The notes: generated by a model not told the origin, from the letters alone. A stretch of 64,000 bases of DNA from Akkermansia muciniphila (GCA_945883815.1 CAMCYJ010000009.1:6821-70820); one strand, 5' to 3'; counted from the stretch's first letter, positions 1-11,100 are shown. Translations and numbers: made by a program.

Positions 1-764
1 CCACGTGGTCGGGCCGGGTGTCGGCCACCTATGTAGTGAAGCCCATCCCGCTGGTGGTGAGTGAAATCCACTTCCACCCGGATGACGGTGGTGCGCCCGG
101 AGACGCGGACAATCTGGAGTTCGTGGAACTCTGGAATCGCGGCGACAGTCCCGTTTCGTTGGCGGGAATGCGCCTCCGCGGCGGCATCGACTTCACTTGG
201 TCGCTCACCAATGCCCCGACACTGGCACCCGGTGCCTACGGGGTTCTGGTCCGGAATTTGGCGCGGTTCTCCGTTGCCAACCTGACGGTGACCAACCTCA
301 TCGGCGAATACGGCTCCGATCAGTTGTCCAATGATGGGGAACGCTTGGCCCTTAGCGGTCCGTTGGATGAGCCCGTGTTCGATTTCCGCTATGAGGCTTC
401 GTGGGAACCGTTGGCCGACGGGGGAGGGTACTCGTTGGTGTTGTCCAACCCATCTTCGCCGGGAGATCCGGCGTTGGCCGCCTCTTGGAAGCGCAGTGCG
501 CGGTTGGGCGGATCGCCCGGGGTGCCGGATCCCAACACGGCTGAGGAGTCCGTGCGAGTGGTGGCGGAACGGGATGCGACGGGTATCCGCTTCCGCTTCG
601 ATGCCGCGGCGGGATCTTCCCACCGCTTGGAGGAACGGGTTTCTCTCTCGGAAGGCGATTGGACTCCGTTGAACACATGGCCTGCTGCCACGCTCACTCG
701 TGCCGGGGAGTTTCGCGTCGAAACCTCAGGCACCACCCGGTTCTTCCGGGTGCGTCGGTTCTGA
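1..764 (+). CDS. Lamin-tail-domain (LTD) secreted protein, C-terminal part; 5' end outside window
   Basis: The frame is open from nt 3, with no stop upstream of the GTG at 18. The translation has an LTD-like signature (VVSEIHFHPDD...NLEFVELWNRGDSPVSL) and a beta-rich tail ending TTRFFRVRRF. Confidence 0.7.
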   Translation, partial: TWSGRVSATYVVKPIPLVVSEIHFHPDDGGAPGDADNLEFVELWNRGDSPVSLAGMRLRGGIDFTWSLTNAPTLAPGAYGVLVRNLARFSVANLTVTNLIGEYGSDQLSNDGERLALSGPLDEPVFDFRYEASWEPLADGGGYSLVLSNPSSPGDPALAASWKRSARLGGSPGVPDPNTAEESVRVVAERDATGIRFRFDAAAGSSHRLEERVSLSEGDWTPLNTWPAATLTRAGEFRVETSGTTRFFRVRRF

Positions 765-856
765 GGCAATTTGGGCGATCTGGTTCATTTGGGTCGAAGT
801 GCGATCGGTTCGAGAATCGAGTTTCTTTCAGGGGTTTCCGGGTTTGAAGTGTTCGC

Positions 857-1411
857 ATGAACCGAGTGCTGGTGCTTTTCGATTCGTTGTCGGGCAACAC
901 GGCCAAGATGGCCGAACTGGTGGCGGAGGGGGCTCGATCGGTGCCCGACACCGAAGTGCGGGTACGCTCCATTGCGGACGCCACCGCCGACGATGTGCTG
1001 TGGTGTGACGGTCTCGCGCTGGGTAGCCCGACCAACATGGGCATCCTCTCGTGGCGCATGAAGCGCTTCTGGGACGAGGTCATGGGCCCGCACTGGATGA
1101 AGGTGGACGGCAAGATCGGGTGCGCCTTCAGCACTGCTGGTGGTTGGGGCGGTGGGATGGAACTGGCCTGCCAGAGTTTGCTCACCGTATTGATGAACTT
1201 CGGGTTCCTGGTCTTCGGCGTCACCGACTACGCCACCCGCCTGCACACCCCGCATTACGGGGCTGTGGTGGTGAAGGAACCCCGTGGTGAGGATGCCGAG
1301 GGTGTGTGCCGTCTGCTGGGTCGCCGTCTGGCCGAGTGGACGGCCGTCCATGTCCATGGCCGCCAGGAGTTGCATCCCTTGAAGAACCCGGATCGCCGCC
1401 CGCCAGGATGA
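857..1411 (+). CDS. Flavodoxin-fold NAD(P)H:quinone oxidoreductase-like flavoprotein (WrbA type)
   Basis: 184 aa. Has an FMN-loop motif VLVLFDSLSGNTAKMAE, then GSPTNMG and FSTAGGWGGG, as in the flavodoxin/WrbA family. Confidence 0.85.
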   Translation: MNRVLVLFDSLSGNTAKMAELVAEGARSVPDTEVRVRSIADATADDVLWCDGLALGSPTNMGILSWRMKRFWDEVMGPHWMKVDGKIGCAFSTAGGWGGGMELACQSLLTVLMNFGFLVFGVTDYATRLHTPHYGAVVVKEPRGEDAEGVCRLLGRRLAEWTAVHVHGRQELHPLKNPDRRPPG

Positions 1412-1765
1412 GAAAACGTGGAGGACGCTGCAGACATCATCCGGATGTGTGCACTTTCGTCACGGCGACCTCGGGTGGTTTATGAATAACACTGGGCTGG
1501 ATCCCGCACCGCAGGGTGGCCGGAGCCTGATCCAAATCTTGGACGCCTCGGGGTGCCCGGTTCCCGCCGAGCCGAAGCCTCATTGATGGTTCGGAATGGG
1601 TGGAAACCCTCGGGGGCGATGCCCCTTCAGTGATGCCATTTCCGGTCCTGGAGGGGATGAGTTTGGAGGCACCGGAGCAGATTGCGCTTGAAGGCCCTTC
1701 CGTGGACCCGCAGAAACGTTGTGCCGGTGGCGGCCGAAACGGTTAGACGCCCGGTAAACCCGATC

Positions 1766-3262
1766 ATGTTGAATGCCTTTGTCCGTGGACTGTTGGTGGG
1801 CCTCCTGCCGTTGGTTGGCTCTGTTGCTTTGGTGGCTGGCTCGGCCCCAGATGCCGCAGCTCGCCTGCCAGTGATCCTTCGCCAACCGATCAGTCAGGGC
1901 GTTTACGCGGGCGACACGGTCAGCCTTTCGGTGGCGGCTAATCCTCCCCCGTCCGAACCGGCCGCCGCGTTGAGCTACCAGTGGTTGGTGGGTACCAACC
2001 AGACTCCCATCGCTCCGGGTGCCTACAATTCCACCAACACCACGCTGCCGCAGTTGGTCCTGACCAACATGGCGACCGGCTACAGTGGTCTCTTCCGCGT
2101 GGCGGTGACTTCCGGGACGAATACGGTGGTGAGCGAACCAGCCCAACTCTCGGTGGTGCTCGGTGTGGCTTCGCAGCTTCGATTGGGAACGGTCTCGGTG
2201 AGCTCCAACTCAGGCACTGAAGTGGCGCGGCAGTTTTCCTTTCCGGTGGTTTTCTCGGTGTTCGGATCGGATCGGGGTGTGGGTGTGACTTGGACCTTTG
2301 ACCCTTCGGTGGTCCGGGAGGTGCGCTTCGTTCCTGCTGCCGATTCGCCCACCAATACCACGGTTCGTAGCACCCTTCAGCCGGGGTGGTTCTCCTTCGA
2401 GTATATCCTGACCAACGACACGGCCGTCGGGTTTTCTCAGAATCAGCAGATTGGCCAACTGGTGCTCACCACCGCTGCCGATCGGGACCCAGCCCAAACA
2501 TTGGCGGCCGCTCAGTTGATGCCGGTTGAATCAGATCGAGCGACCAACAGGGTCGGCCCGTCCTTCCCCTTGCCCAGCGGCAGTTACCGGGTGTTGGGAA
2601 CCAATTTGGCAGATCGGGTGATGTTCCCCCTGAACCTCTTGATGACGCCGCAGGTGATTCCTAGCGGCTCGATCACTCTCAATCGACAGACGGGCTATTT
2701 CGAGCAGGAAGCCCAGGTCGTCAACCTACGCCCGGATGCCCTCGCGGACGTCCTGCTGATCGTCACGGGTTTGACCAACGACAGTCGCGGCGTGCCGGTT
2801 TCGCTCGCCAGTTCGGTGGGCCCAGTGGGTACCCCTCCCAATCCTTCGGTGTTCGTGGGTCCGATGGACGCGTTCGCCGTCCGCCGGTTGACCTTCGAGT
2901 ACTACGTGTCCGATGGCCAACCCAACAGCATCGGAACACCGGGCTATGTGACCGAATTCGCCTTGGACAGCACCATTCAGACCCCAATTGGTCGGCGCAG
3001 TCTGGTTCCGGTGACCTACAAGCCGGTTCTCTCGGGCGGGGTGCTGCTGGAGTTTCCGACCCTCACCAACTTCAGCTACTACATCCGCTATTCAGATTCG
3101 CTGAATGATTTCAGCGCTCAGGACAACACCAACTCGATCATTCGCACCGCGCGTCCGGCAATTCTGGGCAACGGCCGGAAGGTGCAGTGGCTCGACAACG
3201 GGTTGCCCCGAACCGAAAGCACTCCGACCAACCGATTCTACCGGGTCCTCGAATTTCGCTGA
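1766..3262 (+). CDS. Secreted Ig-like/cohesin-like multidomain protein (hypothetical)
   Basis: ORF 1682-3262. The ATG at 1766 precedes a signal-peptide-like segment (MLNAFVRGLLVGLLPLVGSVALVAG). There is an Ig I-set-like block (VILRQPISQ...LSYQWLV...YSGLFRVAV) and a beta-rich remainder. It ends NRFYRVLEFR. Confidence 0.65.
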   Translation: MLNAFVRGLLVGLLPLVGSVALVAGSAPDAAARLPVILRQPISQGVYAGDTVSLSVAANPPPSEPAAALSYQWLVGTNQTPIAPGAYNSTNTTLPQLVLTNMATGYSGLFRVAVTSGTNTVVSEPAQLSVVLGVASQLRLGTVSVSSNSGTEVARQFSFPVVFSVFGSDRGVGVTWTFDPSVVREVRFVPAADSPTNTTVRSTLQPGWFSFEYILTNDTAVGFSQNQQIGQLVLTTAADRDPAQTLAAAQLMPVESDRATNRVGPSFPLPSGSYRVLGTNLADRVMFPLNLLMTPQVIPSGSITLNRQTGYFEQEAQVVNLRPDALADVLLIVTGLTNDSRGVPVSLASSVGPVGTPPNPSVFVGPMDAFAVRRLTFEYYVSDGQPNSIGTPGYVTEFALDSTIQTPIGRRSLVPVTYKPVLSGGVLLEFPTLTNFSYYIRYSDSLNDFSAQDNTNSIIRTARPAILGNGRKVQWLDNGLPRTESTPTNRFYRVLEFR

Positions 3263-3307
3263 GATTCAGTCCCTCCTTCGCCCCTCCTGACGCCGCCATT
3301 TACCGCC

Positions 3308-4399
3308 ATGAGTTCCTCGATTCAACGCACCGCCCTCCTGCTCCTCGCCTCCAGTGCCGCCTTGTCTGCCCGCGCTCAGGATGAAGAAGCGCTCGAGCCC
3401 CTGGGCATCCGCTTCCGCTTGGCGGGTCGGGTGCAGTTCAACCTCAAGGCCTCGTTTACCGACGCCCAGACTCCCTTGTCGGGTGCGGCCGGGCAATTTG
3501 CCGATGGTTATGTGCTATTAGGATCGAACACGTCCACGTCCACCAATGCCGGCGTGGTGACCGCCAATCCCGGATCCTCGACGTGGAATTGGGGTTACCA
3601 GCGTGCCGATCAGGTGGCCGGCAACGAGTTGACCTTGACCCGATTCGATCAGGTGCCACGGGTGGGTGCTTTGGATGGGAGCGGGGGTAGCACCGCTTAT
3701 GGGGGCGAGCTGTGGGCCATGTACGAACTCTATAGCTTCCGGTCGTTCAAGAAGCGCACCGCACACTGGGGTGTCGAGGCAGGGTATGGCTTCACCACCT
3801 TTGACGCTTCGGCTTCCGGTACAGTCTCAGGGACGGCCACCCGACGCCAGTCGGCGTATTCTCTGGGAGGCATTGTTCCCCCGTCTCCTGGGTATCAAGG
3901 CGGGTATTTTGGGCCGGTCCCCGGCGGGCCGGTCTCCCCGGTCATCGACTTCGCTCCGGTGCGGTCCTCCTCGGTACAGGCGGCAGGCATCAACTCGTTG
4001 AATGCGGCGGTCTCGACCGATTTGCACAGCATCAAGTTGGGGCCTTGGGTGGAGTTGCCCATCACCGATCGACTGACCGTCGGTTTGGGAGCTGGCTACT
4101 GCGCCATCTATGCCCAGGCCGATTTACGCTTCACCGAGTCCACCGCCTTCACCGGAAACCCGGCGGAGTTCGGGGCGGTCACGCAGAATCTGTCGGTCAA
4201 CGCCTCGCGCGAGGATTGGCGTCCGGGAATGTATGCCCGGGCCGTGGTGGATTTTGCCATCACGCCGAGTTGGTCGGTCTTTGCCGGCGGTGACATCCAG
4301 TCCAATTCGGACTTGAACTTCTCAACCCAAGGGCGCGGGGCCAGCATTCAGCTTGGTTCGGTGTTCGGCGCGATGGCGGGCGTTCAGTTCAAGTTCTGA
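3308..4399 (+). CDS. Outer-membrane beta-barrel protein (porin-like, hypothetical)
   Basis: 363 aa. Has a signal peptide (ALLLLASSAALSARAQD), an alternating beta-strand pattern with G/S/T/Y-rich loops, and a C-terminal beta-signal ...GVQFKF ending in Phe. Confidence 0.65.
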   Translation: MSSSIQRTALLLLASSAALSARAQDEEALEPLGIRFRLAGRVQFNLKASFTDAQTPLSGAAGQFADGYVLLGSNTSTSTNAGVVTANPGSSTWNWGYQRADQVAGNELTLTRFDQVPRVGALDGSGGSTAYGGELWAMYELYSFRSFKKRTAHWGVEAGYGFTTFDASASGTVSGTATRRQSAYSLGGIVPPSPGYQGGYFGPVPGGPVSPVIDFAPVRSSSVQAAGINSLNAAVSTDLHSIKLGPWVELPITDRLTVGLGAGYCAIYAQADLRFTESTAFTGNPAEFGAVTQNLSVNASREDWRPGMYARAVVDFAITPSWSVFAGGDIQSNSDLNFSTQGRGASIQLGSVFGAMAGVQFKF

Positions 4400-4452
4400 A
4401 TGGGGCAGGGTTTAGGCTTCGTCTGAATTAAGGCGGTCTTGCAGGTAAGACC

Positions 4453-7125
4453 TCAGGAAAAGAGGTCCAGCTGGGGTGGAGGTGTCAGCTCTTGCAGGGC
4501 ATCGCGCTCCAGACGACGAACTCTTCGCGATCGGCCACTGCCGGGATCGGTCCCGACCGGGGTTGTGCCGTCAGGCGCAGCGACGTGTTGGAGGTTGAGT
4601 TCTGCCTCTTCAAGGATTCTCAAGATGGTCTTGGCGCGATCGATGACCGAACGAGGCACCCCGGCCAGTCGCGCCACTTGGATGCCGTAGCTCTTGTCCG
4701 CGGGTCCGGGCTGAATCTTGCGCAGGAAGATGATCTGATCGTTCCACTCCCGGACCGCGACGTTGTAGTTCTGCACCCGTGGCAGTCGGCCCGAGGCCAT
4801 CTCGGATTCCGACGGCTGGGGGTTCGGCGATCCGCTGCCATGAGGTGAGGCCAGTTCGGTCAATTCGTGGTAATGCGTGGCGAAGAGCGTCTTGGCACCA
4901 ACTTGATGGTGCAGGTGCTCGACAATGCTCCAGGCCAAGCTCAGTCCATCGAAGGTGCTGGTGCCGCGGCCAATCTCATCGAGGATGACCAGGCTGCGTC
5001 GGGTGGCGTTGTTGAGGATGTTGGCCGTCTCGCTCATCTCCACCATGAAGGTGCTCTGTCCGCGGGCCAGGTCATCGCTGGCGCCGATCCGCGTGAAGAT
5101 GCGATCGCAAAGGTCGATGCGCGCCGAGGCCACGGGCAAATACGAACCGGTGTGGGCGAGCACGGCCAGCAGTGCCACTTGTCGGATGTAAGTGCTTTTG
5201 CCTGCCATGTTCGGGCCGGTGATGAGCGCGATCTGGTGGCTCTCCAGGTTGAGATCGGTGTCGTTGGGAACGAACCGCTCCTCGGTCATCCGCAGTTCCA
5301 GCACCGGGTGACGGCCTTCCTGGATTTGGATGCGTCCCTCGTCCCGAACCTCGGGCCGGTTCCATCCCTGAATCCGAGCCAACTCGGCAAAGCTGGCCAA
5401 GACATCCAGTTGCCCCAGTGCGGAAGCGGTCTCTTGGATGGACTTGAGGTGGTTCAGCACCTCTTCGCGCAGGCGCAGAAACAGGTCGTACTCCAGCTTC
5501 GTGGCCCGTTCCTCGGAGCCGAGGATCTTCGACTCCATGGCCTTGAGGTCTTGGGTGATGAAGCGCTCGCCGCTGGCCACGGTTTGTTTGCGCACATAGT
5601 CGCCCGGCACCTTGGACAGGTGCGACTTGGTGACTTCGATGTAATAGCCGAAGACCGAATTGAAGCCGACCTTCAGTGATGGAATGCCGGTGCGGGCGAT
5701 CTCGTCTTGTTGGAGCTTGGCCAGCCAGTCCTTGCCGCCTCGGGCCGCCGAGCGCAGTTCGTCCAACTCCGTGCTGAAGCCGTCCCGGATCATCCCGCCT
5801 TCTTTCACCGCCAGGGGCGGTTCATCGGCGACGGCGTGGCCGAGCAGTTCGACGAGGTCGGGCAGTTCCCGGAGCAGGGAACCCAATTGCCCCAACTCCG
5901 TGGACTCGATGTCTTCCGGGGTCGCCGGGCCCGGGAGGAGTTCGGTCTGCGGAATGTCGGGGCCAGGTAGGGTGGCCATGGTCACGGCTGCCTTGACCGA
6001 GGGCAGTTGCTCCAAGGCCAGTCGCAGCGCCAGAAGGTCCCGCGCATTTCCGCTTCCGAGGCTCAGTCGGCTGACCGTTCGTTCGAGGTCGCGAACCTCG
6101 GCCAATCGGGCCCGGAAAGCAGCCAGGGCGGGTGGGTGATCCAGCCAGGACTTCACGGCGTCTTGCCGTCGGCGGATCGGGTCTTCGGCAGCCAGAGGTT
6201 GGGTGAGCCAATCGCGCAACCGACGGGCTCCCATGGGTGTCACGGTGTGGTTCAGGGCTCCGAACAATGTGGTGTTGCGGGGAGCGTCTGCATGGAGGGT
6301 TTCCAAGATCTCCAAATTGCGCAGCGAGATGGCATCGAGGATCAGGTAGTCGGCCACTTCGTAGAAACCAAGCCGACTCAGGTGCGCCACGTCGCGACGC
6401 AGGTGAGTGCTCAGGTAATGGAGAATGGCTCCAGCAGCACCGGTGGCAGCGGTGCGGTTGCGCAGGCCGAACCCATCGAGCGAGGCCACTTTGAAGTGTT
6501 CGCGCAGGGTGAAAAGGGCCGTCTCGGGCATGAAGACCCAGTCGTCATGGGGCGAGAGCTGCGTGTTGGTTTCACTCAACAAATCCGACACGGCCTTGGA
6601 GGCTCCAGGGAAGATGAGTTCGGCTGGACGCAGGCGCTCCAGCTCAGCCAAGAGGGCTTTGTTGCCAGTAAGCTCCGTCAGCCGAAAGTCTCCCGTCGTC
6701 AGGTCTACGCAGGCCAGTCCGTAGTTGCTGCCGTGGAGGGCGATGGACGCGAGGAAGTTGTTCCGCTCGGCCCGCAACAGGCGGTCGTCGAAGTGGGTTC
6801 CCGGTGACAAGATCGAAGTCACTTCCCGCTGCACCAGTTTGCCGGGCTTCGCCTCCTCGGTCTGATCGCAAATGCCCACCTTTCGCCCGGCCTTGAGCAG
6901 ACGGCTGATGTAGTTGTTGGCCGCATGGTAAGGCAGGCCGCACATCGGGATTCCGTTGCGTTGGGTCAGCGTGAGTTGCAGCAGCTGGGAACTGACCACC
7001 GCGTCCTCGAAGAACATCTCGTAGAAATCCCCCAGTCGGAACAGCAGGAGCACGTCCTTCGGGAGTTCCCCCTTGATCCGGCGGTACTGCGCCATCATGG
7101 GGGTGAGTGTTGCTTCAGCGGCCAT
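4453..7125 (-). CDS. mutS: DNA mismatch repair protein MutS
   Basis: 890 aa. Shows the N-terminal mismatch-binding block (TPMMAQYRRIK...LFRLGDFYEMF), Walker A GPNMAGKST and DEIGRGTSTFDG. Confidence 0.97.
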   Translation of the reverse strand: MAAEATLTPMMAQYRRIKGELPKDVLLLFRLGDFYEMFFEDAVVSSQLLQLTLTQRNGIPMCGLPYHAANNYISRLLKAGRKVGICDQTEEAKPGKLVQREVTSILSPGTHFDDRLLRAERNNFLASIALHGSNYGLACVDLTTGDFRLTELTGNKALLAELERLRPAELIFPGASKAVSDLLSETNTQLSPHDDWVFMPETALFTLREHFKVASLDGFGLRNRTAATGAAGAILHYLSTHLRRDVAHLSRLGFYEVADYLILDAISLRNLEILETLHADAPRNTTLFGALNHTVTPMGARRLRDWLTQPLAAEDPIRRRQDAVKSWLDHPPALAAFRARLAEVRDLERTVSRLSLGSGNARDLLALRLALEQLPSVKAAVTMATLPGPDIPQTELLPGPATPEDIESTELGQLGSLLRELPDLVELLGHAVADEPPLAVKEGGMIRDGFSTELDELRSAARGGKDWLAKLQQDEIARTGIPSLKVGFNSVFGYYIEVTKSHLSKVPGDYVRKQTVASGERFITQDLKAMESKILGSEERATKLEYDLFLRLREEVLNHLKSIQETASALGQLDVLASFAELARIQGWNRPEVRDEGRIQIQEGRHPVLELRMTEERFVPNDTDLNLESHQIALITGPNMAGKSTYIRQVALLAVLAHTGSYLPVASARIDLCDRIFTRIGASDDLARGQSTFMVEMSETANILNNATRRSLVILDEIGRGTSTFDGLSLAWSIVEHLHHQVGAKTLFATHYHELTELASPHGSGSPNPQPSESEMASGRLPRVQNYNVAVREWNDQIIFLRKIQPGPADKSYGIQVARLAGVPRSVIDRAKTILRILEEAELNLQHVAAPDGTTPVGTDPGSGRSRRVRRLERDALQELTPPPQLDLFS

Positions 7126-7239
7126 CTTCCTGAGGCTAGGAAAGTCGCCCTGAAATAAAAAGCGGGCAGGTGAAAACGATGAAAGGCCCGGCCGGGCTCC
7201 GACGAATACTGGAGAACGAGTATGACGACCGCACCTCCA

Positions 7240-7275
7240 TTTGACATCAATGTATCACAGCATCAGTGTGTCAAA
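7240..7275. promoter_or_regulatory. Inverted repeat TTTGACA-N22-TGTCAAA upstream of vapB (possible operator)
   Basis: The arms at 7240-7246 and 7269-7275 are exact reverse complements. The repeat lies 13 nt upstream of the vapB ATG (7288). Function is inferred only. Confidence 0.3.
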
Positions 7276-7287
7276 AATTCTGGTGCC

Positions 7288-7521
7288 ATGAGAACGACGC
7301 TGACTTTGGAAAATGATGTGTACGAAGCCGCCCAAGCGATGGCCCAGGCTTCCGGTAAGCGCTTGGGTGAAGTGGTATCGTTGCTGATGCGCCGAGGGTT
7401 GAAAGCGTCGGCCGAGACCGGGCCTGTCCGTTCTGGATTGCCGGTGTTCTTGGCGGCATCCGGAGCTTCGATCATTCCCAGCAATCGGGCGCGTGAACTC
7501 CTGGCCGATGAGTCGCAGTGA
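7288..7521 (+). CDS. vapB: Type II antitoxin, VapB family
   Basis: 77 aa from the ATG at 7288 (ORF 7222-7521). The N-terminus MRTTLTLENDVYEAA is typical of VapB-type antitoxins. Its stop overlaps the vapC GTG (GTGA at 7518-7521). Confidence 0.8.
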   Translation: MRTTLTLENDVYEAAQAMAQASGKRLGEVVSLLMRRGLKASAETGPVRSGLPVFLAASGASIIPSNRARELLADESQ

Positions 7522-7940
7522 AACCCGCTCTCCTCGACATCAACGTCCTTTTGGCGCTGGCGTGGCCCAATCACCAGCACCACGGTTTGGCGCATCGGTG
7601 GTTCGCCCGCGAGTCCCGCCATGGATGGGCCACCTGCGCCTTCACCCAACTGGGATTCATCCGGCTGTCCTCCAATCCTGCCTATACCCCCTCGGCTGTT
7701 TCGCCGTCCGAGGCGGCGGGGTTGCTGGATCAATGGGTGCGTCATCCGCGCCACTCTTTTTGGGAATCTTCTGCAGCCAGCCGGGTGGGCATTTACGAGC
7801 GGGCACTCGGACACCAGCAGGTCAACGATGCCTGGTTGGTGGATTTGGCCCGCCAGTCCGGAGGGCGCGTGGTGACCTTTGATGGCCGGATCGGCCTCCA
7901 TGATGCCGATCGTTCTCAAGTGACCGTGCTGTCGGACTGA
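7518..7940 (+). CDS. vapC: Type II toxin, PIN-domain ribonuclease VapC
   Basis: 140 aa. Has a PIN N-terminus (ALLDINVLLALAWPNHQHH) and is translationally coupled to vapB. Confidence 0.85.
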   Translation: MKPALLDINVLLALAWPNHQHHGLAHRWFARESRHGWATCAFTQLGFIRLSSNPAYTPSAVSPSEAAGLLDQWVRHPRHSFWESSAASRVGIYERALGHQQVNDAWLVDLARQSGGRVVTFDGRIGLHDADRSQVTVLSD

Positions 7941-8101
7941 TAATGGTACCCATCGGATCACTGCTCTGCTGGAGGTGTTTCGCAACGAATCAGGCCCTCG
8001 TCCGAATACCGTTCTGAGCGCTGTTTTCAAACCGCCCCGGCGACGCCTCCAGGGTTTGTTTTTGGGCATCTAGAGGTTAGCGTCTAGCCAATCGTCCTGT
8101 C

Positions 8102-11100
8102 ATGAGAATCCCAAGCACTTGCCTTTGCTTCATTGCTGCCGCTGTCGCAGGACTGTTTTTCGTGGGAGATACCTTGCTCGGCGCCGATGTTCCCGACTTG
8201 GCCTTGGGAGTGCGCAAGACCGAGCCGGTGAGTCCGGCCGATCAGGCGAAGTCATTCCGATTGCCACCTGGATTCGATATTCAGTTGGTGGCGAACGAGC
8301 CCGACATCCACAAGCCCATGAACCTCGCCTTCGATGCGATGGGCCGGCTTTGGGTCACGACTAGCATCGAATACCCTTGGGCCGCGCCCACCAATCGGGT
8401 CGGTCGGGATCGGGTGATGATCTTCGAGGATTTTGGTCCGGACGGTCGCGCCCGTAAGGTGACCCAGTTCGCCGACGGTCTGAACATCCCCATCGGGGTT
8501 TATCCCTTTCGCACCGACGACACCCATTGGAAGGCGCTCGTCTGGAGCATTCCCCATATCTGGCTGCTCGAGGACACCGATGGCGACGGTAAGGCCGACA
8601 AGCGGACCCCGTTGTACGGCCCCTTCGACCACACCCGGGATACCCATGGCAACCAAGCCTCGTTCCGCCGCGGCTTCGATGGCTGGCTCTATGCGACGCA
8701 CGGGTTCAACAACGATTCCCATGTCACGGCCCGCGACGGCAGTCATGTGGATTTGAATTCGGGCAACACCTACCGCATCCGTCTCGACGGTTCCCGGATC
8801 GAGCACCACACGCACGGTCAGGTGAATCCGTTTGGTCTGGCTTGGGATGCCCGCGGAAACCTCTATTCTAGCGACTGCCACAGTGCGCCGCTTTACCAAC
8901 TGTTGGCCGGAGGTTGGTATCCCAGTTTCGGCAAGCCGCACGACGGACTCGGCTTCGCACCGGTCATGCTCGAGCACGCCCATGGCAGCACGGCCATCGA
9001 CGGGGCCGTGTACTACAACGACAACCTCTGGCCCTCTGAATATCGCGATACGCTCTTCATCGGCAACGTGATGACCAGCCGGTTGAACCGCGACACCATC
9101 ACCTTCAATGGGTCCACACCTAAGGCCACCGAGCAGCCCGATTTCCTCACCACCACCGATCCGTGGTTCCGGCCTGTAGATGCCACCCTCGGGCCGGATG
9201 GTGCGCTCTACATCGCCGATTTCTACAACCGCATCATCGGTCACTACGAGGTGCCGTTGACCCATCCCGGCCGTGACCGGGAACGTGGACGTCTGTGGCG
9301 GGTGGTCTACAAGGGAGCGGATGGAAAGGCCCGGCTGCGGTCGCCGGCCTTGGCCACCGACCTCGACGGTTTGGTTGGCGAACTGGGCTCACCCAGCCTG
9401 AGCCGCCGATTGTTGGCGATGGGGGAAATTCAAGACCGGTTCGGTTCCAAGGCGTTGCCGGCCGTGCGCCGAGCTGCCGTGAAAGCCCGTGGCCAGAAAC
9501 CCGGCGCTGCTCAGGAAAGCGCGGACAGGGCCTCTGCGGTGCGGGTTTCCGCCCTGTGGCTTCAGCACCGGTTGGGTGGCGCTGAGGCTGGCTTGAAGGG
9601 TAAAGAATTTTTGGCCGACTTGTCCGATCCGCGGGATTCTTTGATCCGCGTTCATGCCCTCCGGTTGATCGCCGAGCGGGGCATCTTGGCCCATGAGAAT
9701 GACTCCCAGGCCCGCCTCATGGCGGTGGATGCGGAAACGCTGGCCATCGTTCGCGCTCGGTTGGGATCGAACGACGGGTTGGAAGTTCGCTGCGCCGCCG
9801 AGGTCTTGGGTCAGTGGCCGCATCCGGAGAATCTTCGGCCGATCCTGGACGCGCTCAGCCGGACTCCGGCAGCGGACACCCACGGAGTGTATGTGCTGCG
9901 CAAGGCCCTTCGAGATCACCTCCAGGCTCCGGGCGTCTTCGCCCATATTTTGTCGCGCAACGACTGGTCGCAATCGGATCAAATAGCCTTGGCCGATGTC
10001 GTACTGGCAGTGCCTTCAGCCGAAGCGGCCTCGTACTTGATCGGTCGGTTGGATCAACTCGACGAGAAGTCCGTTCCTACGTTGGCGGAGGCGTTGCGCC
10101 ACGCGGCCCGATACGCTCCGGAAAGCCAATGGCCGGCGCTGTCCGGATTCGTGCGGCGGCGCTTTGACGATCAACTGGATTTCCAGTTCGCCCTGTTCCG
10201 TTCCATGGATCAGGGACTCCAGCAACGGGGCGCCTCGCTCACTCCGGCCTTGAAGGCGTGGGGGGCTGAACTGGCCTCCCGCCTACTGAGCTCCGGAACC
10301 GATTCGAACTGGATTCAGGCGCCGCTGAATCCTCCGACGGAGAGCCCTTGGGATTATCAGGAACGTCGTCGTGCCGATGGGCAGCCGCTGCGGGTTCTTT
10401 CGAGTCTCGTGCGGGGCGAGCAGAAGACCGGGGTTCTTCGTTCACCTGAGTTCGCCCTCGGTGGAGAGATCCGCTTCTGGCTCTGCGGTCATGATGGCTA
10501 TCCCGACAAGCCGGCCAAGTTGGTCAATGGCGTGCGGTTGAAGGACGCGGTTTCTGGGGTCGTGCTTCTCGAAGTCCGCCCGCCCCGGAGCGATACCTTG
10601 ATCCCGGTGGTCTGGGATACTCGGGCGCATCCGGGAAAGCGCGGCGTGATCGAGGTGACGGACGCCGACACGGGCGATGCCTACGCCTGGTTGGCGATCG
10701 GTGGGGTCGAGGGAGCACCAGTGCTGCCGCCTGCATCGCCCCGCGCCATGGCCGAACGTGCGGCCGGAGCGGCGGAATTGGCCGCGCGGCTCGGGTTGAA
10801 GGAGTTGGCGCCCCAGTTGGAGGCGTGGGTGTCCCGCTCGGGTGAACCGGAGCCGCGGGCGGTCGCTGCCAAGGCACTAATGGCCTTGGATTCGCTCCGG
10901 GGTGTTGCGGTGGCCTCGGCTGTTCTGGTTGATGGCAATCAATCGCAATCGCTTCGGGAACGCCTCGGAGTCCTCTTGGCCGAGCGCAATACGGCTGAGA
11001 GTCGGGCGGCGGTTTCGGCTGCGTTCAAGGGCGCCGCGTATCGAGTTCAGACGCAGTGGGCCCTTGCTTTGACGGCGAACCGGGAGGGGGCTGAGACTTT

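Noticed and set aside
1408-1485. 25-aa micro-ORF (MRKRGGRCRHHPDVCTFVTATSGGL) overlapping the flavodoxin stop by ATGA
   Set aside because: It is very short, with no hydrophobic or recognisable motif. ATGA overlaps arise easily by chance at TGA stops, and there is no supporting evidence.
8028-8063. CAAACC...GGTTTG + TTTTT downstream of vapC as a terminator
   Set aside because: A 6-bp stem with a 19-nt loop is marginal, so it was not listed as a feature.
8252-9265. 337-aa ORF on the minus strand inside the PVC haem-binding gene
   Set aside because: It is antisense to a gene with clear family motifs. Its translation is Arg/Gly/Val-rich low-complexity sequence, typical of shadow ORFs in high-GC DNA.
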